A stretch of 64,000 bases of DNA, taken from positions 3,162,001 through 3,226,000 of the forward strand of contig JBHGNT010000011.1 in assembly GCA_043228905.1 (NCBI GenBank). The letters are read 5' to 3'. This document shows, in pieces, positions 1-11,082 of the stretch. The stretch comes from Azolla caroliniana. Lineage: Eukaryota > Plantae > Polypodiophyta. A model generated the notes under the pieces. That model searched no databases. It saw nothing but the letters and a program-made list of their open reading frames with translations, and had not been told where the DNA came from. Numbering within the stretch: position 1 is the stretch's first letter; each line of letters starts with the position of its first letter. The translations under genes and the position numbers were made by a program.

Positions 1-3000
1 GGGGTTTACCGGAGCCGAATCGGAGGCACATACTCGAGGTGCCTTTCAAATACCGGAGTATCCACTTGACCACGTTCTAGTGCTCTTTTCTAGGATTGCT
101 CATGAACCAGCTCACCACGCCGACTGCATATTCGATATCTGTCTAGGTACATACCATCGCATACATTAAGCTTCCGACAACATAGGCATATGGTATCTTC
201 ATCATATCTGTCTTCTTCGCCTTTGTCCTTGGGCTTTCTTTTCCGGATAGCTTGTAGTTTGCTGGAAGTGTCGATACGACTGGTTTCGCCTACAACATGT
301 TGAACTGTTGAAGTACCTTTGTCACGTACTTCTCCTGTGACAACCACAACAACTTCTTCGACCGGTCCCGGATGATGTGCATTCCCAATATCTGTCTTGC
401 CAGACCGAAGTCTTTCATTGAGACAGTCCGGGTCAAAGCCTTCTTCAGCATCTGAATCTTGCCTTAGTCTCGTCCGACGATCAGCATATCATCCACATAG
501 GAGGAGTATCAGGAAAACTCCTCCGTCAAATTTCTTCACAAACACACAGTGATTGGCCTGCGTCTTGTGGTACCCTTGGTCGGTCATGAAGGAGTTGAAC
601 TTCCAATACCATTGCTAGGGGGCTTGCTTCAATCCTTATAAGCTCTTCTTTAGCCGACACACCAGGTGCTCCTTCCCTTTCTTTTCAAATCCTTCCGGTT
701 TATGCATGTAGATCTCTTCTTCGAGGTCACCATGTAGGAATGTCGTCTTGACGTCCCGTTGCTCTACCTCGATGTCCATGCTTGCCGCTATGCCCAATAC
801 CGTCTAGATGAATGTCATCTTTACTACCGGGGCAAAGATCTCATCGAAATCCACTCCTTTCTTCTGCCGGAAGCCCTTCACCACGATTCGGGCCTTATAC
901 CTTGGTGGATTTCCAACATCTCCCGGTTTTAGCTTGTACACCCACTTGTTGCAGAGTGCACTCTTCCCTTTTGGCAACTCCGTCAGTTCATATGTGGGGT
1001 TCTCATGCAGGGAATTCATCTCATCCTGCATGGCACTCAACCATTTGCGGTTGTGGGTGTCTCTCTTTGCTTCTTCAAAGCTTTCCGTCTCCCCCTCATC
1101 AGTTAGCAACACATGCTCTGCATCTGGAAATATCTGGGGGGCTCTTCTCTCTCAGAGAGGGTATCTCCGTCCTTGGTTTTTGACTACCAGTTCCTCCGTT
1201 TGTTCCGTATCCGAATCTGATTCAGGATCTTGTCTATATCTGGTGTCTTCTTCTTCTTCTTCTTCTTCTTCTTCTTCTTCTTCTTCTTCTTCTTCTTCTT
1301 CTTCGATCGGTTCGGTTTCTTGTCCGTATCCGGCCGGTTTGTCGAGTGTCATCCGGTTTCCAACCGGGTAAGTCCTTGTGTCCTCAAGCTTGTTTTCATT
1401 GGATGATCCAGAGTTCATCACCTTCTTCTCTGACTCCCAGTCGACAATGGTCCTATCTTCCATGAAGACTATGTCTTGACTTTGGAACACCTTGTCGACC
1501 AGATCCCACACCCGGTAACCAAACTCATCATCGCCGTATCCAAGGAATATGCATGGCCTAGACTTCGGATCCAGCTTTGCTCTCTTTTCCTTTGCAACAT
1601 GCACATAGGCGAGACACCCGAACACCTTCAGATGCCGGTAGGATACGTCTTTACCGGTCCATACTATTTGCGGTGTGTCTCCGTCCAAGGGTACTGAGGG
1701 TGATCTGTTTGTCACATAGGTCGTCGTCGTCGGTGCCTTAGCCCAAAATGTCTTGGGTAACTTAGCATGTGCTAGCATGCTTCGGACTCTCTTCATTATG
1801 GTCCAGTTCATCCGTTCGGCCAACCCATTTAGTTCCGGCATTTTCCGCACAGTGAATTCCAGCCAGATTCTCTTCGACCGGTATTACTCCTAGAACTGGC
1901 CCCGGTATTCTCCTCCGTTGTCTGCTTGAACCACCTTCAGCTTCCGGCCGGTTTCTCTTTCCACTCTCGCATGGAGCTCCTTGAAGATAGACAACACTTG
2001 ATCCTTCGTCTTTAACGGTGAGACCCACAACTTCCGGATGTGTTCTTCTATGAATGTCACGAAGTACTGCGATCCGGCATGTGACTTCGTGTCCACTTGA
2101 CACACATCGGTATGTACCAGCTCCAATGGTGCATTCCGTCTCATCGGTGGTCTTGTTTGGAAGGAGGTTCAGTTTTGCTTGTCGGCCGAGCAATCGGTGC
2201 ACTTCTCAAGATGCACGTCTTTCACCTCCGGAATGAGGTTGTCTTCGGCAGGTCTTCTCATCCCCTTCTCACTCATGTGACATATTCTTTTGTGCCACAG
2301 CTCACCGGTAGTGTCGGATACAACGTTCACTTCTTCCCGGAATATCCGGGCATGCATAAGATATAGCATGTTCATCTTCCAGCCTTGAGCCACAATCAGG
2401 CTTCCTTTACTGAATTTCATGACTCCGTTCTAGATGTTACCTGTGTAGCCTTCATCATCTAGCCGACTGGCTGACATCAGGTTCAGTCGAACCTCCGGAA
2501 CATGTCGGACATCCTTCAGCAGCAACTCGCATTCTGGTTGATGTCTTCAACAACACATCTCCTATGCCGACAATTCGGCATGTACCTTCATTCCCCATCC
2601 GAACACAACCGTGATCTCCCGCTGTGTAGGATGAGAAGCATCTCCAGTCCAGTGTCAGGTGACTTTGACCTCGTCCCCAATTTGTCTCGGTTTTGGAGAC
2701 TTCCATACCGGCCTCTTCCCCGGTTGTGGTCATCTTCTGTAACCAAGGCCTTCGGATCGGTTCTGGACTTCCAGTCCTTTCGGCGAGCTTCTTCATCTCG
2801 CAAGCTTGATTTTATCCTTGTTAGGGACAACTGCTTTCCTACCAGCCCGGCATTGCCCAACATGACAACTAGCATCTCCCAACTATCCGGGAGGGAACCG
2901 AGCAGGAGTAATGTGAGTACCTCATCGACGAGAGGTACTTCCAATGAGTTCGCTTGATGTATTAGCCCCTGGAAGGCATTCATGTGCTCCGTCATACTGG

Positions 3001-3088
3001 AGCCGTCCTGGTACCGGAGCCTCACTAGCTTCCGGAATACCAGAACCCGATTAACAACATTCTTGTTCTGGAAAATTATGCCGATCTT
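1..3088 (-). mobile_element. Degenerate Ty1/Copia element 'O': gag C-terminal part, protease remnant, integrase, RT; continues beyond the left edge of the window
   Basis: Minus-strand ORF fragments with Copia motifs (LWHKRICHMSEK, ELVHTDVC, ADNGGEY, PELNGLAERMN, YKARIVVKGF); many stops and frameshifts. The gag frame joins the 39423-39682 segment across TSD ATCTT (EKI|GIIFQNKNVVNRVLVFRKLVRLRYQDG). Confidence 0.93.
1246..1304. repeat. (CTT)n microsatellite encoding poly-Glu in the Copia integrase-RT linker
   Basis: About 19 perfect TCT units; poly-E in ORF 1152..1850. Confidence 0.95.
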
Positions 3089-3109
3089 TGTTACCCGACC
3101 GATCTTTCA

Positions 3110-5885
3110 CAAGGAGATGGACCAACGAGAAATGGTAGGCCTATTTTACATTATCCGGGAGGAACCAACAGAGAACATTCAACAGTTTGTCATCCGGTTC
3201 CAGCGGATCCTAAGTCAGCTCAGTCGGGCATCACCGGAGGAAGAAACAAAGGCCATATTCTTAGCAGTACTCTGGGAACCCTTACGAACGGTGTGCACCG
3301 TCATTGATTTCCGCACCAGCAGCATAGATCAAGTGATCGACCGAGTTCGGGAGGATCCGGTGTGAACGTGATCAGCCTCCAAACGTGTAACACTCTAGGA
3401 ATCCATGACTGGGAACCATGCCCGTTTTGGCTTCGGATGGCGGACACAAGCTCAATATGGCCGACCGGATTAATACATGATCTGGAAGTGACCATCGGGG
3501 GTCACACATTTTGCATTTCGACAGTAGTTCTCCACCTACAGGCTCAAGGAGCTTACCCACTATTGTTGGGACGCCCTTGGTTAAAAACAGCACACATCAA
3601 GCAAAACTGGAGGAAGAATATAATTACGTTCCGGCGTGGAAAAGCGAAAGTGCGAGTACTAACTCAACCACGGTCGGGTACCGGCAAGGAATTGATGCCG
3701 CTATATGCGGAATGTGTCAACATGCTGGAAGGATTGGCGGACGAAGAGGTCGATCAATACTTACAAGAAAATCCGAAGATCATACCTCTGTTCGAAATTG
3801 ATGTAGCCGAAGCAGTATCACCATACATACTGCAACCGGACGGGACCGACGAGGAACCGGATAAAGAAGCGATCCGGGAGTTACGGCAAGCACAGGAGGC
3901 ACTGGAAAGAGAAATGGCAGTGTCACAGTGCGTAAAAGCATCCCAGCTAGAAGAGGTAAACCTAGGTACCACAGAGGACGCAAGACCGGTTCACATCGCC
4001 AAGGAAATGACCCTGGAGAATTGCAATGATCACACTCCTAAAAGAATTTCACGATGTGTTCGCCTGGTCCTATGAGGACATGCAGGGACTCGATCCTCAG
4101 TTGTATCAACACCAGATACATCTGAGTAAAGAAGCCAAACCGGTAGCGCAACGGCGTTACCGGATGAACCCAAATTACGCAGCAAAAGTCAAAGAAGAAA
4201 TCGACAAGTTGCTAAGGGTTGGCTTCATCCGACCGGTAAAGAAAGCCACATGGCTCAATCCGATAGTCGTAGTACCGAGAAAGAACAGTAAGATAAGTAT
4301 TTGCGTCGACTACCGGAAATTGAATGCGGCTACGGTAACGGACGCCTTCCCACTTCCATTCACGGATGGAGTCTTGGATGCGGTCGCCGGACATGAGGTG
4401 TACAGTTTTCTAGACGGTTTCAATGGCTATAATAAAATCCGGATGCACCCCGATGACCAGGAGAAAACCGCTTTTGTCACCGAATGGGGAGTCTTTGTTG
4501 CCGTAGTAATGATGTTCAGACTGAAAACGGCGCCGACAACCTTCTAGCGGATCATCATGGAGATTTTCGAAGAATTCATTTCGGCATTCATGTAGGTGTT
4601 CCTGGACAACTTCGTTGTTTATAGCCGAGAAGGGGATCACCTTCAGCACCTTCAGCACCTTCGACTATGTCTGGAGAAATGTAGGGTTTACCAGCTAAGC
4701 CTTAACCCGGCAAAATGCGTGTTCGGAGTGTCCAACGGAGCGTTACTTGGCCACATCGTGAGCAAGGACGGTATTGCAGTGGATCTGGACAAGGTCAAAG
4801 CTATTTTAGAGACACCGGCACCAACCATGGCAAAGGCATTAAGCCGGTTCTTAGGACAAATTCGGTGGCACAGCCGAATGCTCCGATATCTGGCAGACTT
4901 GGCTACACCATTGCATGCCGCGGTACATCGGACACCGTTCCAATGGATGGACACAAAATACAAGGCTTACCGGGCACTAAAAGTACTATTGTCACAAGCG
5001 TTGGTGGTGCAACCTCCGGATTGGTCTAAAGAGTTCCATGTGTTCGTTGACGCGTCTGACATTGCAATCGGGAGCGCACTTATGCAACTTACAGAATCGA
5101 AGTGGTACCGGCCAATGTAGTATGCCAGCCGGAAGTTGTCCCAAGCAGAACATAATTATTCCACAACGGAAAGAGAGGCCTTGGGCATGATCTACAGTGT
5201 CACCAAGTTTAGACACTATCTTTTGGGAAGGAAATTTTCCTTTCACGTAGATCATTCGGCGCTCCTCTATTTGGTGTCCAAAGCATCACTCACCGGTAAG
5301 CTGGCCCGGTGGACGTTACTATTACAAGAATTCCAGTTCGAGATATTCCACCGACCCGGCATACAACATGTGGTAGCAGACTATTTGAGCCGGTTAGATT
5401 CTAGCAAAACCGGTGACGGCATCCCAGATGAGTTCCCAGACGCTGAGCTGTTTAGAGTCATGGCAGAAACGACAACGGATGGTACGGTCGCAGAGGAAGA
5501 CAAGTGGCTCACCAACATGCACCAATTTCTGAGATGAACAGAGACGAGAGGAAATGCTTAGTTGTTCAAAGCCGGCACTTATGTCTATTACAGGACACAA
5601 TGTACCACAAAGGCGTAGATGGCATATGGCGACGTGCAGTGCGCAGCGACAAAAAGGACATAATATTGCGCGAAGCACACTGCGGAGTGGCTAGAGGACA
5701 TTATGCCGAAGACGCTACGAGAAGGAAAATATGGCAGAGTGGACTATGGTGGCCAACAACATTGAAGGATGCAGTCCGGTACGCTAAAGAATGCGACCTA
5801 TGTCAGCGAATGGGCCAACAACCCGAACAAGCCAGGATGCCTCACCAGCCCGTGCTACCGTTAGAACCATTTCAGAAATGGGGGT
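3110..5885 (+). pseudogene. Gypsy G gag fragment and pol (protease, RT, RNase H, integrase zinc-binding region), disrupted
   Basis: ORFs 3362..4075, 4026..4547, 4596..5120, 5136..5537 and 5504..5923 with CVDYRKLN, FLDGFNGY, FVDASDIAIG, YSTTEREALG and HCGVARGHY...CDLCQ motifs; cut at FQKWG|LDFVGP by the DNA transposon. Confidence 0.93.
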
Positions 5886-5910
5886 GGGTAAAAGCATGCG
5901 AGTGGAAACA
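5886..5910 (+). repeat. Left terminal inverted repeat of the Sola2-type element
   Basis: Reverse complement of 32903-32927 with one mismatch; followed by TAGCTAATTAGCTA at 5917-5930 and 5943-5956. Confidence 0.95.
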
Positions 5911-6435
5911 CTATTATAGCTAATTAGCTACTAAAATGGCCATAGCTAATTAGCTATTTGTTTAGCTAGTCTTTCTTGTGGGAAAATCAAATATTTGAAA
6001 AACTAATTTATGAAAAAACTCAAATATTTGAACTTCTGTTTCAGACGTAGTGGAACTTGGGGAATATCACCATCATCTAAGGTCGACTTCAATGTCATCA
6101 ATTTCCTGTTTAGCCTAAGTCTGATTTTGAACGCAGATGGAGTACTCAGAGCACGAACGCAGACGTAGCTCCCGCAACAGCAAAAAATCGACATTGCAGA
6201 TTGAGAGCTACAACACAGAACCCGCTCAATCATCGTCCAGGTATGTTTCAGTTACAGAAACCCCAAACATTTGTTTTTTCTTTTTGACTACTGTCTGAAC
6301 TTTGGTGCCGATTCATATTTCCCCAAAATCGAATAGGGCGAAGTTCTTGGAGTCCCATACAAGGATGTCTCGCAAATCGGGGAGTAGCAACAGGTGTGTT
6401 TATATTACTTTTTTTGTGTTTAATCCTGTCTTTAG

Positions 6436-6582
6436 TGATTAGGGTTTGTGATTGAAATTTCTGATTAGGGTTTGTGATTGAAATTTCTGATTAGGGTTTT
6501 TGATTATAAATTTCTGATTAGAATTTCTGAATAGGGTTTCTGGTTACAAATTTTGATTACAAATTATGATTAGGGTTTCTGA
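6436..6582. repeat. About 26-bp degenerate tandem repeat containing the telo-box TTAGGGTTT, inside the first coding intron of gene A
   Basis: GATTAGGGTTTGTGATTGAAATTTCT repeated about 5 times. Confidence 0.75.
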
Positions 6583-8025
6583 TTTGCTAAGTTAAAGATT
6601 TTGCACCATTTTTGTTGTTGTTGATTGGGGTTTTTGATTCTCACATATTCTGATTTTGCACTATTTCTGATTTCTGTAATGATATTTCAGATGGCTCGTT
6701 CCTCCGTATACGAGAGTGCTAAACTTCGCAAAATTTTGCGAGACAAAGGAGGACTTCCACAACACCTATGGTCTGTCACTCGAGGGTGTTGACCCGGCTG
6801 TCCTAAGTGATAAATTGATCAGTGATATAGACTAGATGACAGTATATATAGTGCCTAGAGTCAAAGGCAAGGTCAAGCTGAAGCATGTACGAGCCGACTT
6901 GTACGATGACTGCATGAGACTGCACCAGAAAGTTCATCAGGAGATCCCAGTCAACAATGAGTTGTCAGTTTCATTTGCTAGAGCATTTGCATATGAGTAC
7001 TGCAAAACAGCGAAGGAATCTAGAGACCCTGAAATGTATAGGGTAGCTTGGGCAGTCTATGGTGAGGCATCGGTAAAAAGATGCCGAAAGATGGGGACCT
7101 TGGCACAAAAAATAGACAGATTTTGGAGCATGGCAGCTGTTGATGCAACTGCCGACTCCCAGCAAGACCGGGGGCATACACCACACCGACACCCAAGGAA
7201 AGCCAATGTCGATGATACAGGTGAGACATTGGTTAGCTATATGCTAAAAAATGTCCATGAAGCCTGTGAGACATTGGCATTTTTTAAGACTGATTTAGAG
7301 AAAGCCACAATGGCTTCTGCAATGGAGAGCAAAGTTACTTCTGCTGTTACAACAATTAGAAATAAGATTCAGGTAACTATTGTTTTGCTGGTATGTGATT
7401 GTGTTATAAATAACGGGTAAAATGTGCTAATCAAGCATTATCTGGAATAGGTTGCGCAACAGGAGCTTGAATTAGAGGGGCCACTGGATCCCCAGCGTAA
7501 AATAGAACTGCAAATAGAGATCCAGGTTCTTTCAATGAACCTGGACCTTCTAGGTGTAAATACTGTTGCAGATTACAATTTGGATAAGCTTCAAGTAAGT
7601 TAACGATTCCTGAGCAAAGTTGGTGTATCTTTCAACAACAAGAATAATTAATCGGTAAATTTCTCTGTTGCGTTGAAGGAACAATACATTCATCAAGAAC
7701 AGGTAGTTAGCTGCCTTAAGAAGAAGCTACATTTTGTGGAGGGAATGGTAAGGACCAGACAGGATTTGGACCTGAACATTCTTGCTCCCTTACCAAATGA
7801 AGTAGAACCAGAAAATAATTTATTGACAGTTCAAGCACGTTGCATCGCTTGCGGGTTAGGTGTGGAGGACAAAACTGCGTCTTTGTTGGTTCACCTACAA
7901 CCATGCAACCACACATACCATCTGCTTTGTTTTCAACATGCCTGTCGAATTGCTGCATTCTGTTTGGGAGATTGCAGTACAACTCTACCAAATGAGTGGA
8001 GAAAACAAACAGGTATACCATACTG

Positions 8026-9622
8026 TAGCTAATAAGCTTAGTCTTTTCTAATTAGCTATCCTACTAGCTAATTAGCTACTGGCAGCTAATGAGCTACTAG
8101 CTAATTAGCTATCCTAGTAGCTAATTAGCTATGGTACTAGCTAATTAGCTAGTACCATAGTTGTGTAAAAAAGCTAAATAGCTATCCTACTAGCTAATTA
8201 GCCACTGGCAACTAATTAGCTATCCTAGTAACTAATTAGCTACTACCATAGTTGTGTAAAGTAGCTAATAAGCTATCCTAGTAGCTAGTTAGCTATGGTA
8301 CTAGCTAATTAGCTAGTACCATAGTTGTGTAAAAAAGCTAATTAGCTATCCTACTAGCTAATTAGCTACTGGCAACTAATTAGCTATCCTACTAGCTAAT
8401 TAGCTATCCTACTAGCTAATTAGCTATCATAGTAGCTAATTAGCTACTGACATAGTTGTGTAAAGTAGCTAATAAGCTATCCTAGTAGCTAGTTAGCTAT
8501 GGTACTAGCTAATTAGCTAGTACCATAGTTGTGTAAAATAGCTAATTAGCTATCCTACTAGCTAATTAGCTACTGGCAACTAATTAGCTATCCTACTAGC
8601 TAATTAGCTATCATAGTAGCTAATTAGCTACTGACATAGTTGTGTAAAGTAGCTAATAAGCTATCCTAGTAGCTAATTAGCTACTGGCAGCTAATTAGCT
8701 GTCCTAGTAGCTAATAAGCTATCCTAGCTACTACATAGTTGAGAAAGTAGCTAATTAGCTTTCATTGTAGCTAATTAGCTATCCTAGCTACCACCATAGT
8801 TAGTAAAGTAGCTAATTAGCTATCCTAACTACTACCATAGTTAGTAAAGTAGCTAATTAGCTATGCTAGCTACTACCATAGTTGAGTAAAGTAGCTAATT
8901 AGCTACCATAGTAGCTAATTAGCTATCCTAGCTACTACTATAGTTGTGTAAAGTAGCTAATAAGCTATCCTACTAGCTAATTAGCTATCCTAGTAGGTAA
9001 TTAGCTATGGTACTAGCTAATTAGCTAGTACTATAGTTGTGTAAAAAAGCTAATTAGGTATCCTACTAGCTAATTAGCCACTGGCAACTAATTAGCTATC
9101 CTAGTAACTAATTAGCTACTGCCATAGTTGTGTAAAGTAGCTAATAAGCTATCCTAGTAGCTAATTAGCTATCCTACTAGCTAATTAGCTACTACCATAG
9201 TTGAGTAAAGTACCTAATTAGCTATCCTACTAGCTAATTAGCTACTACCATAGTTGAGTAAAGTACCTAATTAGCTATCCTACTAGCTAATTAGCTACTG
9301 GCAACTAATTAGCTATCCTACTAGCTAATTAGCTGCTGGCAACTAATTAGCTATCCTACTAGCGAATTAGCTATCCTAGCGAATTAGCTATCCTAGTAGC
9401 TACTGCCATAGTTGTGTAAAGTAGCTAATAAGCTATCCTAGTAGCTAATTAGCTACTGGCAGCTAATTAGCTGTCCTAGTAGCTAATAAGCTATCCTAAC
9501 TACTACCATAGTTGAGTAAAGTACCTAATTAGCTATCATACTAGCTAATTAGCTATCGTACTAGCTAATTAGCTATCCTAGCTTCTACCATAGTTTAGTA
9601 AAGTAGCTAATTAGCTATCCTA
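8026..9622. repeat. Array of palindromic TAGCTAATTAGCTA units with short variable spacers, filling intron 8013-9644 of gene A
   Basis: Dozens of copies, separated by spacers such as TCCTAC, TCCTAG and CCATAGTTGTGTAAAG; higher-order duplications are visible. Confidence 0.95.
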
Positions 9623-10373
9623 AATAACTGTCATGTTATTGTAGAATCTTGTGGATTAAGGACGGCACATGATGTGTCTGGTGCTGATGATGCTACAACA
9701 GATGAGGATACTACTGCCAATGTGGCTGAAAGTAAGAGTCCTGCTATCACATCTCCTTCAGATCAGCTGCACCCTATTCTTTTGGAACAGTGTACTGAAT
9801 TAGGCAACGATGTGAAATGCCATGAAATAGTGGAAACAACATGTAAAATTGAGGTTCACAACAACAGTGTTTATGAACACTTGATGCAACATTTCTTCGA
9901 GTCTCAAGACCTTGATTCCACCCCACCGAGCCCAACTACTGAAAATGTCCAAACAGATCCCTCTGTACTTGAAAAGCTAGTTCAAGAAACGGCTGATGTG
10001 CAATTAGCTGCTGAGGCGATGGGAAGGTTGTCGGAGGAGGACACACTTGCGCATTGGGTCCTAGAAGCAAGGCTAAATGGGGAACCAACCAGAAAAAGGC
10101 TGAAGAAGGGGCCACGATCGGGAACAAGACCAGTTACTCGGTCAAGGGGCCCAGACGTAGTGGAGCGAAATACTGTTTAGTTGGATATGATTGTTAGCTT
10201 AGGGATTTTGCTAGGGTTTTATGAAGTTTTACTATCCTGTTGGACAAGTAAAACCTCAGATTGGTTGTTGCTTGATCCACATTATGTAATGGAACTCTAT
10301 GATGTTTTTCCAAGATAATTTGAAGAGTGTTGTTCTATGACTGAAACTCTTTGATGTTCAGGATATTGTTTTG

Positions 10374-11051
10374 TGTTGGGATTTCGGTCCCTCCGGATGG
10401 GATGCCCGGAGATGAATGACGGCAAGCCCGGTTGCGGTTACGGAGCCGGATGATGAAGACCCCGGCTACGGAGCCGGATGATGAAGACCCCGGCTACGGA
10501 GCCGGATGATGAAGACCCCGGCTACGGAGCCGGATGATGAAGACCCCGGTTACGGAGCCGGATGACGAATGTACCCAGAGAGAGATCCGGATGCGGAGAC
10601 ATATTTGTGAATATGTTTGCCAAGAGCCCCTGAGGCTATAGTTGTAAATAGCCCGAAAGTCATATGTGTATAAATATGACTTAGGGCAAACAGTTAAGTT
10701 GTTGTTGCTCATTTTCTGTTTTCCACTAAGAGGGAGCGAAGTGAGAGCAGCCGAGAGAGAGTGAGAGAGAAGGAGGAAGGAAGAGGTCGACGCCTCTGTG
10801 TAATACCGCCGCCTGTGGCGAGGACAGCGAGCTCAAGGTCGTCGCCTTGCAGCTCGCCATTGTACATTCTCGCGTATAGTGATAGTTGGAGTCTTGCACT
10901 CCCGTGTTTTTTTTCCCTTTCCCATTTAGGGTTTTCCACGTAAAACATCCAGTGTGCCCTTCTCTCTATTGTTTTTCGTGCATTGTTGTATTTCCCGTTT
11001 TCTGTGAATCGATCCTGTTCCTCGGTTGTGGCCGAGCACGGAATTTCGACA
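10374..11051 (+). repeat. 5' LTR of Copia A, containing a 28-bp tandem repeat (CGGAGCCGGATGATGAAGACCCCGGYTA)
   Basis: Near-identical to the split 3' LTR apart from repeat copy number; TATAAAT at about 10669. Confidence 0.95.
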
Positions 11052-11054
11052 AAC

Positions 11055-11066
11055 TGGTATCAGAGC
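11055..11066 (+). promoter_or_regulatory. Primer-binding site, initiator tRNA-Met type (also at 15928 and 20804)
   Basis: TGGTATCAGAGC three bases after the LTR end. Confidence 0.95.
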
Positions 11067-11082
11067 GACGGTAACACAGAAA

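Larger units (their letters stand above)
6365..10180 (+). pseudogene. Accessory gene A of the DNA transposon: predicted exons 6365-6393, 6691-7372, 7451-7594, 7679-8012, 9645-10180 (575 codons including the terminal stop); N-terminal domain, coiled coil, RING-H2 finger, acidic/basic tail; one premature TAG at 6833-6835
   Basis: All four introns are GT..AG and preserve frame (phases 2, 0, 0, 1). RING-H2-like spacing CIAC...PCNHTYHLLC...CLGDC. A probable 5' UTR intron lies at 6241-6336. Confidence 0.72.

Noticed and set aside
6436-6582. Interstitial telomere
   Set aside because: TTAGGG occurs once per 26-bp unit rather than as a tandem telomeric tract; better read as telo-box-like intron repeats.
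8026-9622. Palindrome array with variable spacers as a CRISPR-like memory array
   Set aside because: Spacers are short and drawn from a few recurring variants, consistent with slippage and duplication rather than acquisition.
10436-10565. 28-bp LTR repeats (and the 83-bp array at 31838-32572) as a CRISPR array
   Set aside because: Head-to-tail repeats without unique spacers, no cas genes, eukaryotic context.
11026-11082. GTG starts of gag-pol (also 15899 and 20775)
   Set aside because: They fall within the LTR/PBS; the first ATG after the PBS (11083, 15956, 20832) is the plausible start.
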